The position numbers and the translations under genes are program-made. Below the pieces are notes generated by a model that saw nothing but the letters and a program-made list of their open reading frames with translations, ran no database searches and was not told the origin of the DNA. A stretch of DNA of 50,121 nt, from contig CADAEX010000002.1 in NCBI GenBank assembly GCA_902787125.1, positions 1-50,121 of the forward strand, written 5' to 3'. The first letter of the stretch is position 1, and the number at the start of each line of letters is the position of its first letter. The DNA is from an uncultured Spirochaetaceae bacterium. Its GTDB lineage: Bacteria; Spirochaetota; Spirochaetia; CADAEX01. Positions 1-8,134 of this stretch are shown here, in pieces.

Positions 1-152
1 ATAAGACTTTCCGATACAATTCGTGCATCCGTATCATTCCACTTACCACTTAGGTCTACTTGCTTATCAGCATCCACCCTGTTCACTTTTTTCGCAAACC
101 TGGGGCAGATTGCAAATATAGCAAGCAGAAATATACAGATTATCTTTTTCAT
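1..152 (-). CDS. Putative secreted protein or lipoprotein, N-terminal fragment; the gene continues beyond the window start. LpoB/COG3417-like motif.
   Basis: My own minus-strand translation from the ATG at 150-152 gives MKKIICIFLLAIFAICPRFAKKVNRVDADKQVDLSGKWNDTDARIVSESL. It has a hydrophobic signal peptide with Cys. The ATG overlaps the TGA of the upstream gene (ATGA). It is truncated, so it is not in the ORF track. Confidence 0.55.
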   Translation of the reverse strand, partial: MKKIICIFLLAIFAICPRFAKKVNRVDADKQVDLSGKWNDTDARIVSESL

Positions 153-868
153 CTGCTTATTTCGCTGCTCAGATCAGTGTTGGACAGTTCCTTTGCAAGG
201 TCGTCTGCCATTGCTTCGGCCTTCTTCTGGTCTGCTGAGTCAAAGTCTTTGATGATAGTGTCCAGATAGTTGCTGAGGAGCTTTTCATAGAGCTCTTTAT
301 TTATAGTATAGAACTGTACGACGTTATATTCGTCTTTAACTGTATTTTTTACGTTGTCAATAATCCGCTGCTGTGCCCAGAAATCAGTCTTTTTCTGGAA
401 ACCGGCAAACTTTGCTTTTGTGGTAGATGCATAAATAGCTTTCTGAGTCTTCTCTTTGTTGGAAAGAACTCCGCTGAACCGCTGTTCAACTAAAGTCTGG
501 AGGGATGATGCAATCTGATAATTGAATTCTGCATTCTGAAGCCAGCTCTGAACCAGCTCCAAGTTCGCTCCTTTTCCTTCAATTTTAAATACAGTTGCAT
601 CCTGACAGTTGAACTTCTCCTTGAAAGAGTCATAGTCATCCTGGAGGGCATCCATGAACCATTCCGGCATCGGAGCTCCAAAAGCTTTGTTCTTATAGTC
701 GATTATCACAGTCTGCGGGATGGCAGGATTTGCAGCTGGTTGTGTCACTGCTGGAGCAGGTGCTGCAGCTGGTGCCGGCTCTGGGTTTGTCGCCTTGGCT
801 GTAGTCCCACAGCTGGCAATAAGCAAAGCAACTATACAAAGCATTACTATTGCTTTTGTTCTTTCCAT
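149..868 (-). CDS. Lipoprotein of unknown function with a Pro/Ala-rich linker
   Basis: 239-aa ORF. The N-terminus MERTKAIVMLCIVALLIASCG is a signal peptide plus lipobox (LIASC). It is followed by a PEPAPAAAPAPAVTQPAANPAIP linker. I recognise no family. Confidence 0.75.
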   Translation of the reverse strand: MERTKAIVMLCIVALLIASCGTTAKATNPEPAPAAAPAPAVTQPAANPAIPQTVIIDYKNKAFGAPMPEWFMDALQDDYDSFKEKFNCQDATVFKIEGKGANLELVQSWLQNAEFNYQIASSLQTLVEQRFSGVLSNKEKTQKAIYASTTKAKFAGFQKKTDFWAQQRIIDNVKNTVKDEYNVVQFYTINKELYEKLLSNYLDTIIKDFDSADQKKAEAMADDLAKELSNTDLSSEISR

Positions 869-958
869 ATATTTCTCCTTTTATGATGTTTTTTTGAAGT
901 ATCAAAAATAGTTTAATACTCCGATTAGCGTATAGTATTTTCATATACCATTTAATTG

Positions 959-983
959 AGGTGTTGTCAAGGTAAAAACACCT
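959..983. promoter_or_regulatory. Inverted repeat AGGTGTT-N11-AACACCT in the divergent intergenic region; candidate operator
   Basis: The arms at 959-965 and 977-983 are perfectly complementary. A nested hairpin CAAGGT/ACCTTG lies inside. The repeat sits about 20 nt upstream of the XRE regulator ATG. Confidence 0.3.
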
Positions 984-1004
984 TGTTTGGGGTATTATAT
1001 TTTT

Positions 1005-1391
1005 ATGGAAACAAGTTTTAGGAAGAATTTAAGATCAGAACTTGACTACCAGGGTATGCCGGTAAAAGAACTGGCATACAAGACTGGAATTCCCAAAAGG
1101 TCTATCGAAAACTATCTTAGCTCAAGAGAATCTCTACCTCCTATAGACTATGCCTATAAGATTGCCCAAGTATTACAGGTAAGTATGGAATATCTTATTT
1201 CTGGAAAAGATAAAACTTATATGGAATCTGGTTTTGCTATCTTGAAGAAAGTTGCTGCAGAAAACAAGGAATACAGTAATATTTTTGCCAGCTTTGAAAA
1301 GCTCTCTGAAGATGACATTAAAATGATACTTGATCTAATCAAAATCATAGTTAAACATCGGACCCCTAACGCCACCCCACCCATGGCGTAA
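1005..1391 (+). CDS. XRE-family helix-turn-helix transcriptional regulator
   Basis: The segment LRSELDYQGMPVKELAYKTGIPKRSIENYLSSRESLPPIDYAYKIAQVLQVSMEYL is a typical HTH_3/Cro-C1 pattern. I prefer the ATG at 1005 over the TTG at 987 used by the ORF track. Confidence 0.8.
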   Translation: METSFRKNLRSELDYQGMPVKELAYKTGIPKRSIENYLSSRESLPPIDYAYKIAQVLQVSMEYLISGKDKTYMESGFAILKKVAAENKEYSNIFASFEKLSEDDIKMILDLIKIIVKHRTPNATPPMA

Positions 1392-1516
1392 CAAAGTTCA
1401 AAAATTATTAGCGATAACCCGAACCCAGCAAAAGGCATATCAAGTTTTTTGAAATTTGTGCGGCAAAAATTGAAGCAAAATAATCTTTTTCTGTGTATTA
1501 GAGGATGGAGGCACAT

Positions 1517-3004
1517 ATGCAGGAGGAAAAAGATTATCTGAACCAGGTGGCGAAGGAGCACTTCGGCATACCATACCTGTTCCCATACCAGAGACTTGCC
1601 ATATCCAACATTCTGGACTGTGCAAAAGACCCGGTGGAGAACAACCCGGCACAGATCGTCATACTCCCTACCGGAGCAGGCAAATCCCTGTGTTTTATGC
1701 TCCCAGCTCTCCTGACAGAGGGAATAACTCTTATCATATTCCCCCTCCTCTCCCTTATGGCAGACCAGAAGCGGAGGCTGGACAGTGCCGGCATTCCTTC
1801 CCTGATTCTAAGGGGTGGTCTTACAAAGGAAGAGAAAGCCAAATCCTTTGAACAGATAAAAAACGGAGAAGTGAAGATAGTCATAGCAAACCCGGAGATA
1901 CTGCTTGCTCCCGGAGTATTGGAACGGGTGAAAAAGGGCAGCATTTTCCATGTGGTGATAGACGAGGCCCATACTGTAAGCCAGTGGGGAGACACATTCC
2001 GCAGCGCATACCTGCAGCTGGGGCAGATTGTGGCCAATCTCCGGCCAAGGGTCACCACTGCTTTCACAGCCACTGCCTCCAGGGAGATACTTGACCGTTT
2101 TGCCGAAATCATATTCGGCGGCCTTCAGCCTAACATAATCAGAGCCGACCCGGACCGGCCCAATATACGCTATGACGCTATTCCCTACATTTCCAAGGAT
2201 GCTGCCCTCCTTAAGGCGGTGCAGGAGGCTGAAAAGCCACTTATAGTCTTCTGTTCCAGCCGGGAGGGGACAGAGATCACAGCCAGCCGCCTGAAAAAGC
2301 ACCTGAAGGACCAGGATGTCTGGTTCTACCATGCAGGACTTTCCCGGGAGGAGAAGAAAAAGATAGAAGATCTGTTCTTTGCATCGGCAGGCGGGGTGCT
2401 GGTTGCCACCTGCGCCTACGGCATGGGAGTGGACAAGAGCAATATACGCACCGTGATCCATGCAGACCTCCCCTCCTCGGCCGAGGCCTACCTGCAGGAA
2501 TCGGGCCGGGGCGGCAGGGACAGGAAGCAGGCCTATGCCATTGCTCTGGTACCTTTTGTGCCAGAACAACCGGCCGCCCCCGATTCCCCCGATGCACGCC
2601 GCCGCACCGAACTCTACAATATATTCACTGGCACCACCTGCCGCCGCAAGGCACTGCTCCACATCCTTGAACACGAAAGCCAGCTGTGCACCGGCTGTGA
2701 TGTATGCGATAAAAAGTTGACAAAGCCGGAGGGGCTTGCCGGGATACTGGATCTGACACGCAGGAATAACAGGCATATCACGGCTCAGAAGATCTCTTCT
2801 ATATTAAAAGGAAATCTTTCCCCGGAAAACATCCAGAAAGGGTTATACCGGTATAAAAGCTGGGGTCTGCTCTCCCATTGGGATGAGAAAGAAATACAGG
2901 AGGCAATAGGAATGCTAACCAGGGGAAATTATATTAAAATAACCTATAATAAAAAATTATGTATAAATGTTAAAAAAAGGGTTGAATTTCAAGATATAAT
3001 GTGA
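1517..3004 (+). CDS. recQ: RecQ-family ATP-dependent DNA helicase (short form, no HRDC domain)
   Basis: Helicase motifs are present: PTGAGKSLCF, VIDEAHTVSQWG (DEAH) and ATCAYGMGVDKSNIRTVIH. The RecQ-C zinc motif CRRKALLHILEHESQLCTGCDVCD is also present. GGAGG lies 5 nt upstream of the ATG at 1517; the track start at 1505 is an alternative. Confidence 0.9.
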   Translation: MQEEKDYLNQVAKEHFGIPYLFPYQRLAISNILDCAKDPVENNPAQIVILPTGAGKSLCFMLPALLTEGITLIIFPLLSLMADQKRRLDSAGIPSLILRGGLTKEEKAKSFEQIKNGEVKIVIANPEILLAPGVLERVKKGSIFHVVIDEAHTVSQWGDTFRSAYLQLGQIVANLRPRVTTAFTATASREILDRFAEIIFGGLQPNIIRADPDRPNIRYDAIPYISKDAALLKAVQEAEKPLIVFCSSREGTEITASRLKKHLKDQDVWFYHAGLSREEKKKIEDLFFASAGGVLVATCAYGMGVDKSNIRTVIHADLPSSAEAYLQESGRGGRDRKQAYAIALVPFVPEQPAAPDSPDARRRTELYNIFTGTTCRRKALLHILEHESQLCTGCDVCDKKLTKPEGLAGILDLTRRNNRHITAQKISSILKGNLSPENIQKGLYRYKSWGLLSHWDEKEIQEAIGMLTRGNYIKITYNKKLCINVKKRVEFQDIM

Positions 3005-3080
3005 TATTTTGAAAAAAATCGCTTTTTACCCCTAAATATATGGTGGTCAATTGTCGATATCAATATGGAGATGAGCTGAC

Positions 3081-3542
3081 ATGAAGTGCCCGTACTGCGG
3101 AAGTATAGACGACAAAGTGGTTGAGAGCAAGCAGAATGTGGATGGCTCTGCTATCAGAAGACGGCGGGAATGCCTGTCATGCCATGGCAGATTCACCTCC
3201 TATGAGCATATAAAAGAGAATCCCCTTACCGTGACCAAGCGGAACAAGGGAGTTGAGCTCTTTGACATGGCAAAAATTGAGAGGGGAATACGCAAGTCCC
3301 TGGAGAAACGGCCGGTGACCGAGGAACAGCTTCAGGCAGCACTTCGGAATATTGAGGATGAAGTGTACTACCGGAGCAAGAACTCAGCCAGTATTTCTAC
3401 AGAGGAGCTGGGAGAGCTGGTTTTACAGCACCTTTTCCAGCTGGACAAGGTTGCGTATATACGGTTTGCTTCTGTATATAAGAAATTTAACAGCGTAGAT
3501 GAGTTCGTAAAAGAGATAGAGAAGCTGAGTGGAAAAGCCTGA
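3081..3542 (+). CDS. nrdR: Transcriptional repressor NrdR
   Basis: N-terminal zinc ribbon MKCPYCGS...CLSCHGRFTSYE followed by an ATP-cone. It lies immediately upstream of nrdD. Confidence 0.95.
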   Translation: MKCPYCGSIDDKVVESKQNVDGSAIRRRRECLSCHGRFTSYEHIKENPLTVTKRNKGVELFDMAKIERGIRKSLEKRPVTEEQLQAALRNIEDEVYYRSKNSASISTEELGELVLQHLFQLDKVAYIRFASVYKKFNSVDEFVKEIEKLSGKA

Positions 3543-3555
3543 CAAGGGAGGGAAT

Positions 3556-5667
3556 ATGGCTTTTGAGAATAGCAATGACTGGAAAGAGTTCCTGCAGCTT
3601 GAGTCTGAGGAAACACCAGCAGCACCATTTGTGGTGAAGAGAATTGTAAAGCGTGACGGTTCCATCGAGAAGTACGACAGATGGAAGATTGCCAGCGCCA
3701 TCGGACGGGCTGTTGCAGCAGTCCAGGGGATGGAGGACAAGGAGCTTACAGAACGCCTTACAGAGAAGACAGAAGATAAACTTAGAGAGTTCATGGCAGG
3801 ACGCCACCCGAACTCCGCACCTGCAGTAGAAGAGATTCAGGACATCGTCGAGATGGTGATGATGGAGTCTGTGCCTAAGATCGCAAAGGCTTACATCCTC
3901 TACAGAGCTCAGCACGAAGCTCTGCGCGACAGCCAGAAGATGCTCCTTAACATAAATTCCACTATGGACGGCTACCTGTCACAGTCGGACTGGAGAGTAA
4001 ATGAGAATGCAAACGTGAATTTCTCACTGGGAGGACTTATTCTCCACAACTCCGGCACCATCACTGCCAACTACTGGCTTAAGAACATCTATCCGGAGGA
4101 GATTGCCAATGCACATAAGAATGCAGAGTTCCATCTCCACGACCTTTCAATGTTCTCAGGCTACTGTGCAGGATGGTCACTGCGGCAGCTGATCCAGGAG
4201 GGCTTGGGCGGTGTTCCTGACAAGATCACATCAAAGCCTGCAAAGCACCTTCTTACCCTTATCCAGCAGATTGTAAACTTCCTGGGTATTATGCAGAACG
4301 AATGGGCAGGAGCCCAGGCTCTTTCCAGCTTCGACACCTACATCGCTCCATTTGTCAAGGCAGATAACCTGAGCGAGAAAGAGGTAAAGCAGGGACTCCA
4401 GAGCTTTGTATTCGGTGTGAACACACCATCAAGATGGGGTTCCCAGGCACCGTTCACAAACATCACACTGGACTGGGTATGCCCGGACGACCTTAAGGAC
4501 AAGCCTGCTGTAGTAGGCGGCAAGGAGATGAACTTCACCTACGGCGACTGTCAGAAAGAGATGGACATGGTGAACAAGTGCTTCATCGAACTTATGCTGG
4601 ACGGCGATGCCAACGGAAGAGGATTCCAGTATCCTATCCCGACCTACAACATCACCCGGAGCTTCGACTGGGATTCTCCAAACGCAAAGCTTCTGTTTGA
4701 AATGACTGCAAAGTACGGTACACCATACTTCCAGAACTTTATCAACAGCAGCCTGAATCCAGGAGATGTACGCTCCATGTGCTGCCGTCTCCAGCTGGAC
4801 AAGAGAGAGCTCAGAAAGCGGGGCGGCGGTCTCTTCGGTTCCGACGAGTTCACAGGTTCCATCGGTGTTGTGACCATCAACCTGCCGAGAATCGGATACC
4901 TCTCGGGCGACAGGACCGAGTTCTTCAACCGGCTGGCAAACCTTATGGACCTTGCAGCCCAGTCACTGGTTATCAAGAGAAAGGTAATCAACCGCCTTAT
5001 GACCACAGGTCTGTTCCCATACACACGCCGGTACCTGCACCACCTGAACAACCACTTCTCCACCATCGGTATCTGCGGTATGAACGAATGTCTCCTGAAC
5101 TTCATGGGCAAAGATATAACCACAAAAGAAGGAAAGGAATTTGCTGTGGAGATTCTGAACTTCATGCGGAACAAGCTGTCTGAGTATCAGGAGAAGACTG
5201 GAGATCTGTTCAACCTGGAGGCAACCCCGGCAGAAAGCACAAGCTACCGGCTGGCTAAGCACGACAAGGAGACCTATCCGGACATCATCACATCCGGCGA
5301 GGACGACCCGTACTACACCAACTCCACACAGCTGCCTGTAAACTACACAACAGATATTTTCGAGGCACTGGATCATCAGGATGCACTGCAGGTGCTCTAC
5401 ACCGGCGGTACTGTATTCCACGGCTTTATCGGCGAGGCAATCGACGACTGGAACAGCTGCAAGAACCTGGTTAAATCCATTGCATATAACTATAAGCTGC
5501 CATACTTCACCATCACCCCGACATTCTCGGTATGTCCGGTTCACGGCTATCTGCAGGGTGAGCACTTTACCTGCGAAAAGTGCAAGAAGGAGCAGGAGGA
5601 TATGCTGAAGAGCAGGATTGCGGCATTGGAAAAAGAGAAAGCCGAACTTAAGGCTGTAAATGCATAA
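3556..5667 (+). CDS. nrdD: Anaerobic (class III) ribonucleoside-triphosphate reductase, large fragment lacking the glycyl-radical loop
   Basis: It has an ATP-cone (VVKRIVKRDGSIEKYD...), an NrdD core (GDVRSMCCRLQLD, GSIGVVTINLPR) and a C-terminal Zn site (CPVHGY...CEKC). It ends in TAA at 5665-5667 without an RxxGY motif. GGGAGGG lies 6 nt before the ATG at 3556; the track start at 3529 is a GTG inside nrdR. Confidence 0.9.
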   Translation: MAFENSNDWKEFLQLESEETPAAPFVVKRIVKRDGSIEKYDRWKIASAIGRAVAAVQGMEDKELTERLTEKTEDKLREFMAGRHPNSAPAVEEIQDIVEMVMMESVPKIAKAYILYRAQHEALRDSQKMLLNINSTMDGYLSQSDWRVNENANVNFSLGGLILHNSGTITANYWLKNIYPEEIANAHKNAEFHLHDLSMFSGYCAGWSLRQLIQEGLGGVPDKITSKPAKHLLTLIQQIVNFLGIMQNEWAGAQALSSFDTYIAPFVKADNLSEKEVKQGLQSFVFGVNTPSRWGSQAPFTNITLDWVCPDDLKDKPAVVGGKEMNFTYGDCQKEMDMVNKCFIELMLDGDANGRGFQYPIPTYNITRSFDWDSPNAKLLFEMTAKYGTPYFQNFINSSLNPGDVRSMCCRLQLDKRELRKRGGGLFGSDEFTGSIGVVTINLPRIGYLSGDRTEFFNRLANLMDLAAQSLVIKRKVINRLMTTGLFPYTRRYLHHLNNHFSTIGICGMNECLLNFMGKDITTKEGKEFAVEILNFMRNKLSEYQEKTGDLFNLEATPAESTSYRLAKHDKETYPDIITSGEDDPYYTNSTQLPVNYTTDIFEALDHQDALQVLYTGGTVFHGFIGEAIDDWNSCKNLVKSIAYNYKLPYFTITPTFSVCPVHGYLQGEHFTCEKCKKEQEDMLKSRIAALEKEKAELKAVNA

Positions 5668-5687
5668 TTGAAGAGGAGATATATAAA

Positions 5688-6182
5688 ATGGCAAACAGAA
5701 CTGTAGAAGCAATCGACAGAGAGATTGCAGAGTGCAAGGAAGAACTTGCAAATGTAAAAGGAAGAGAGACAGAAGTATATACAAGAATCGTAGGATACTA
5801 CAGAGCAGTCAAGAACTGGAACAAGGGAAAGAAGTCTGAGTTCAAGCAGAGAGTATGCTTTGAGCCTGATTTCGCAGCTGCAGCCAAGGCTGATAAGACA
5901 GCTGCTCCTGCAGATGCAAATGCTCCTGCATCCTTCATCTACTTCACAAAGAAGACATGCCCTAACTGTCCTGCAGTTAAAGAGTATGTGGAGAAGCTTG
6001 AGATCAAGCACACCGGATATGTGGTGGACACTGCAGAAGGCCTTGAGAAAGCACGGGAGTACAATGTATTCGCAGTTCCTACTGTAATCTTCTTCGATGC
6101 AGCAGGCAAAGAACTCTACAGAGCATACAGTGTAAAGGAGATCAAGGCAAAGCTGGAGGCTCCTGTAGCTCAGGCTGTCTGA
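5688..6182 (+). CDS. Stand-alone NrdD glycyl-radical domain fused to a thioredoxin-fold domain (CPNC)
   Basis: Residues 28-56, TEVYTRIVGYYRAVKNWNKGKKSEFKQRV, match the canonical NrdD C-terminal glycyl-radical loop (putative radical Gly36). An Ala/Pro linker follows, then FIYFTKKTCPNCPAVKEYV...FAVPTVIFFDAAGKELY, which is a thioredoxin/glutaredoxin-like fold. GAGGAG lies 9 nt upstream of the ATG. Confidence 0.85.
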   Translation: MANRTVEAIDREIAECKEELANVKGRETEVYTRIVGYYRAVKNWNKGKKSEFKQRVCFEPDFAAAAKADKTAAPADANAPASFIYFTKKTCPNCPAVKEYVEKLEIKHTGYVVDTAEGLEKAREYNVFAVPTVIFFDAAGKELYRAYSVKEIKAKLEAPVAQAV

Positions 6183-6183
6183 C

Positions 6184-6873
6184 GTGATTAAAAGCGCAGG
6201 CTTTATTAAAACAACTCTGGTAAATTATCCCGGCAAGGTGGCAGCAGCTCTGTTCCTGCCGGGATGTGATTTACGCTGTCCCTATTGTCATAACCCGGAA
6301 CTGGTGCTGAACACAGCCGACGATCTGGTGGATATAGAGGAGATTCTTGCTTACCTTGAGAAAAGGCGTGGCCTTCTGCAGGGTGTCTGCATATCCGGTG
6401 GCGAGCCCCTTGTACACGAGGATCTGGGCGAGCTGGCCAAGGCAATCAAGGATATGGGCTACCTGCTCAAGATAGATACAAACGGCACATTCCCGGACCG
6501 GATCCTGAGCCTTGAGCCTGACTTTATAGCTATGGATATAAAGACAGTGCCTGAGAAATATCCTATGCTCTCCCCTGTGCAGGATCCTGCACTGCCGGAT
6601 AAAATCAAGAGTTCCATCGAGATAATAAAAAAATCGGGTATAGACCATGAATTCCGCACCACAGTGGCTCCAGGCATTGTGGATATGAAAGATATCCAGG
6701 ATATCTGCAGACTGATCAAAGGAGCCAGATGTTACGTTCTGGCAGGTTATGTACCGGGACACACCCTGGATCCTGGTTTTACACAGGAGACCTATACAAA
6801 CCAGGAGCTGCACCAGATGGCAGACATAGTAAAGGCCGCGGGAATACCCCTTAAGCTGCGGAATATGGACTGA
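6184..6873 (+). CDS. nrdG: Anaerobic ribonucleotide reductase activating enzyme (radical SAM, NrdG2-like)
   Basis: The CDLRCPYCHN motif is a CX3CX2C radical-SAM cluster, and the N-terminus has a VNYPGK motif. The GTG start lies 1 nt after the preceding stop, which suggests translational coupling. Confidence 0.9.
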   Translation: MIKSAGFIKTTLVNYPGKVAAALFLPGCDLRCPYCHNPELVLNTADDLVDIEEILAYLEKRRGLLQGVCISGGEPLVHEDLGELAKAIKDMGYLLKIDTNGTFPDRILSLEPDFIAMDIKTVPEKYPMLSPVQDPALPDKIKSSIEIIKKSGIDHEFRTTVAPGIVDMKDIQDICRLIKGARCYVLAGYVPGHTLDPGFTQETYTNQELHQMADIVKAAGIPLKLRNMD

Positions 6874-6876
6874 TTT

Positions 6877-7752
6877 TTATTTGAATAATTTAAGCTTGGA
6901 TTTATAATGATCCGGGTTCAGATTATAAGCTTTGCGCCACTGGGTCTTTGCTTTCTGCATCTCCCCCTTGGCCTCGTACACTTCACCAATATAATAATAG
7001 GCATCTGCAGAACCTGGATTAAGCTCCAGGACTTTGGATAAGCTCTCAAGAGCCTTATCAAACTCCTTAAGTCCGATATAACGCTGTCCCTGGAGCAGAA
7101 GGCTTTTTTCCCTCAGCACCCCGTTGTCGGTGCCGGCCTTGTCCAGATAGTAGCCAGCCTTGTCCATATTGCCTGCTTTTATATATTCCTGAGCCAGAGT
7201 AAGGATAAGGACATCAGAGGGGTTGATATCCATGGATTTTTCGAAATTTTCCACTGCATGATCCGACATATCCAGCTTGGAATATGCAAGACCGAGATAC
7301 TCATAGATATCCTTGCTGTCGCAGCCTTTTTTCAGGGCTCCGTCAAGATATTTGATTGCCAGGTCGCAGTAGTAGAATCCCATATGGTAATAGGCCTTGC
7401 CCAGGACATACATAACATCGGCATTCTCCTTTCCATCGGTAAGGAGCGCCTGCCTGAGCAGCACAACTGCTTTTTCCATGCAGGAATTGCGCTCATCCAT
7501 ATCCAGGATTGAGATTCCCTGATAGAAGTAGGCATACCCGGTGAATATAAGGGTATTTCTGTCCATAGGATTTTTCTCAAGCACAGTGCTGCCATATTCA
7601 ATGATTTTGGAATACTGTTTCTTTTCCCACATGTCGGAATAAGAAACTTCCTCATCCGAGAAAGGAAGATGAACTGTCCGGTTCTGCAGTCCCGCAAAGA
7701 AAATCAAAAGACCGATCACTATTGCAGATGCAATAAAAATCTTTTTCTTCAA
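6877..7752 (-). CDS. Membrane-anchored tetratricopeptide (TPR) repeat protein
   Basis: N-terminal TM segment (KIFIASAIVIGLLIFFAGL) followed by repeated TPR-like A/Y/G patterns (YYYIGEVYEAKGEMQKAKTQWRKAYNLNPD). TTG start with GGAG upstream. Confidence 0.75.
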   Translation of the reverse strand: MKKKIFIASAIVIGLLIFFAGLQNRTVHLPFSDEEVSYSDMWEKKQYSKIIEYGSTVLEKNPMDRNTLIFTGYAYFYQGISILDMDERNSCMEKAVVLLRQALLTDGKENADVMYVLGKAYYHMGFYYCDLAIKYLDGALKKGCDSKDIYEYLGLAYSKLDMSDHAVENFEKSMDINPSDVLILTLAQEYIKAGNMDKAGYYLDKAGTDNGVLREKSLLLQGQRYIGLKEFDKALESLSKVLELNPGSADAYYYIGEVYEAKGEMQKAKTQWRKAYNLNPDHYKSKLKLFK

Positions 7753-7777
7753 ACCCTATGCTCCAAAAAAAGATAAA

Positions 7778-8123
7778 AGCAGGTCTATAAGCCGAGTTCT
7801 GTCTTGTGTTACCATCTATCTATGAAATCTGTCACCAGATTTCTATAGCAGCCTACCCGCAGATAAGAGCGAGCAACTCTCTGCTCTTTGGCTTTGCTCC
7901 TGATGAGGTTTACCATGCGGCACCTGTTGCCAGATGCCCGGTGGGCTCTTACCCCGCCTTTTCACCATCACCTGCCTGGAAGACCAGACAGGCAGTGTAG
8001 TTTTCTGTGGCACTTTCTATCGCACAGCTGACTGCGCGTCCAGCCGTTAACTGGCATCATGCTCTATGGAGCCCGGACTTTCCTCCTGCACTATTGCAGC
8101 ACAGGCGATAACAAGACCTGCTG
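7778..8123 (-). ncRNA. rnpB: RNase P RNA, bacterial type A
   Basis: The reverse complement contains the universal blocks GGAGGAAAGTCCGGGCTCC (8059-8077), GGTGAAAAGGCGGGGTAAGAGCCCACC, AGTGCCACAGAAAA, GGTAAACC and ACAGAACTCGGCTTATAG. The P1 helix AGCAGGTCT/AGACCTGCT closes the two ends. Confidence 0.93.
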
Positions 8124-8134
8124 AAATTTCTTAA

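Noticed and set aside
1808-2776. 322-aa minus-strand ORF inside recQ, and similarly the 273-aa ORF at 4963-5784 inside nrdD
   Set aside because: Both are antisense to ORFs with clear helicase and NrdD motifs. They have Arg/Gly/Pro/Cys-rich nonsense composition typical of the reverse frame of GC-rich coding sequence.
3029-3066. Possible NrdR boxes upstream of nrdR (CCCCTAAATATATGGT and TTGTCGATATCAATAT)
   Set aside because: Both are AT-rich partial palindromes. The first matches only about 11 of 16 positions of the remembered consensus acaCwAtATaTwGtgt, and the second matches poorly. Their ~22-bp centre spacing does not fit the usual tandem arrangement of about three helical turns. I cannot support a call without a PWM scan.
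5660-5695. Explaining the nrdD split as a pseudogene, a sequencing frameshift or programmed recoding
   Set aside because: This cannot be fully excluded without reads. Several points argue against an accidental break. The downstream ORF has a canonical GAGGAG-N9-ATG. About 25 non-NrdD residues have been added on each side of the break. The downstream ORF carries an extra, intact thioredoxin domain. nrdG remains tightly coupled. No slippery heptamer or intron/intein signature is visible.
7806-8000. 64-aa plus-strand ORF in the TPR / zinc-ribbon gene spacer
   Set aside because: The region is fully explained by RNase P RNA on the opposite strand.
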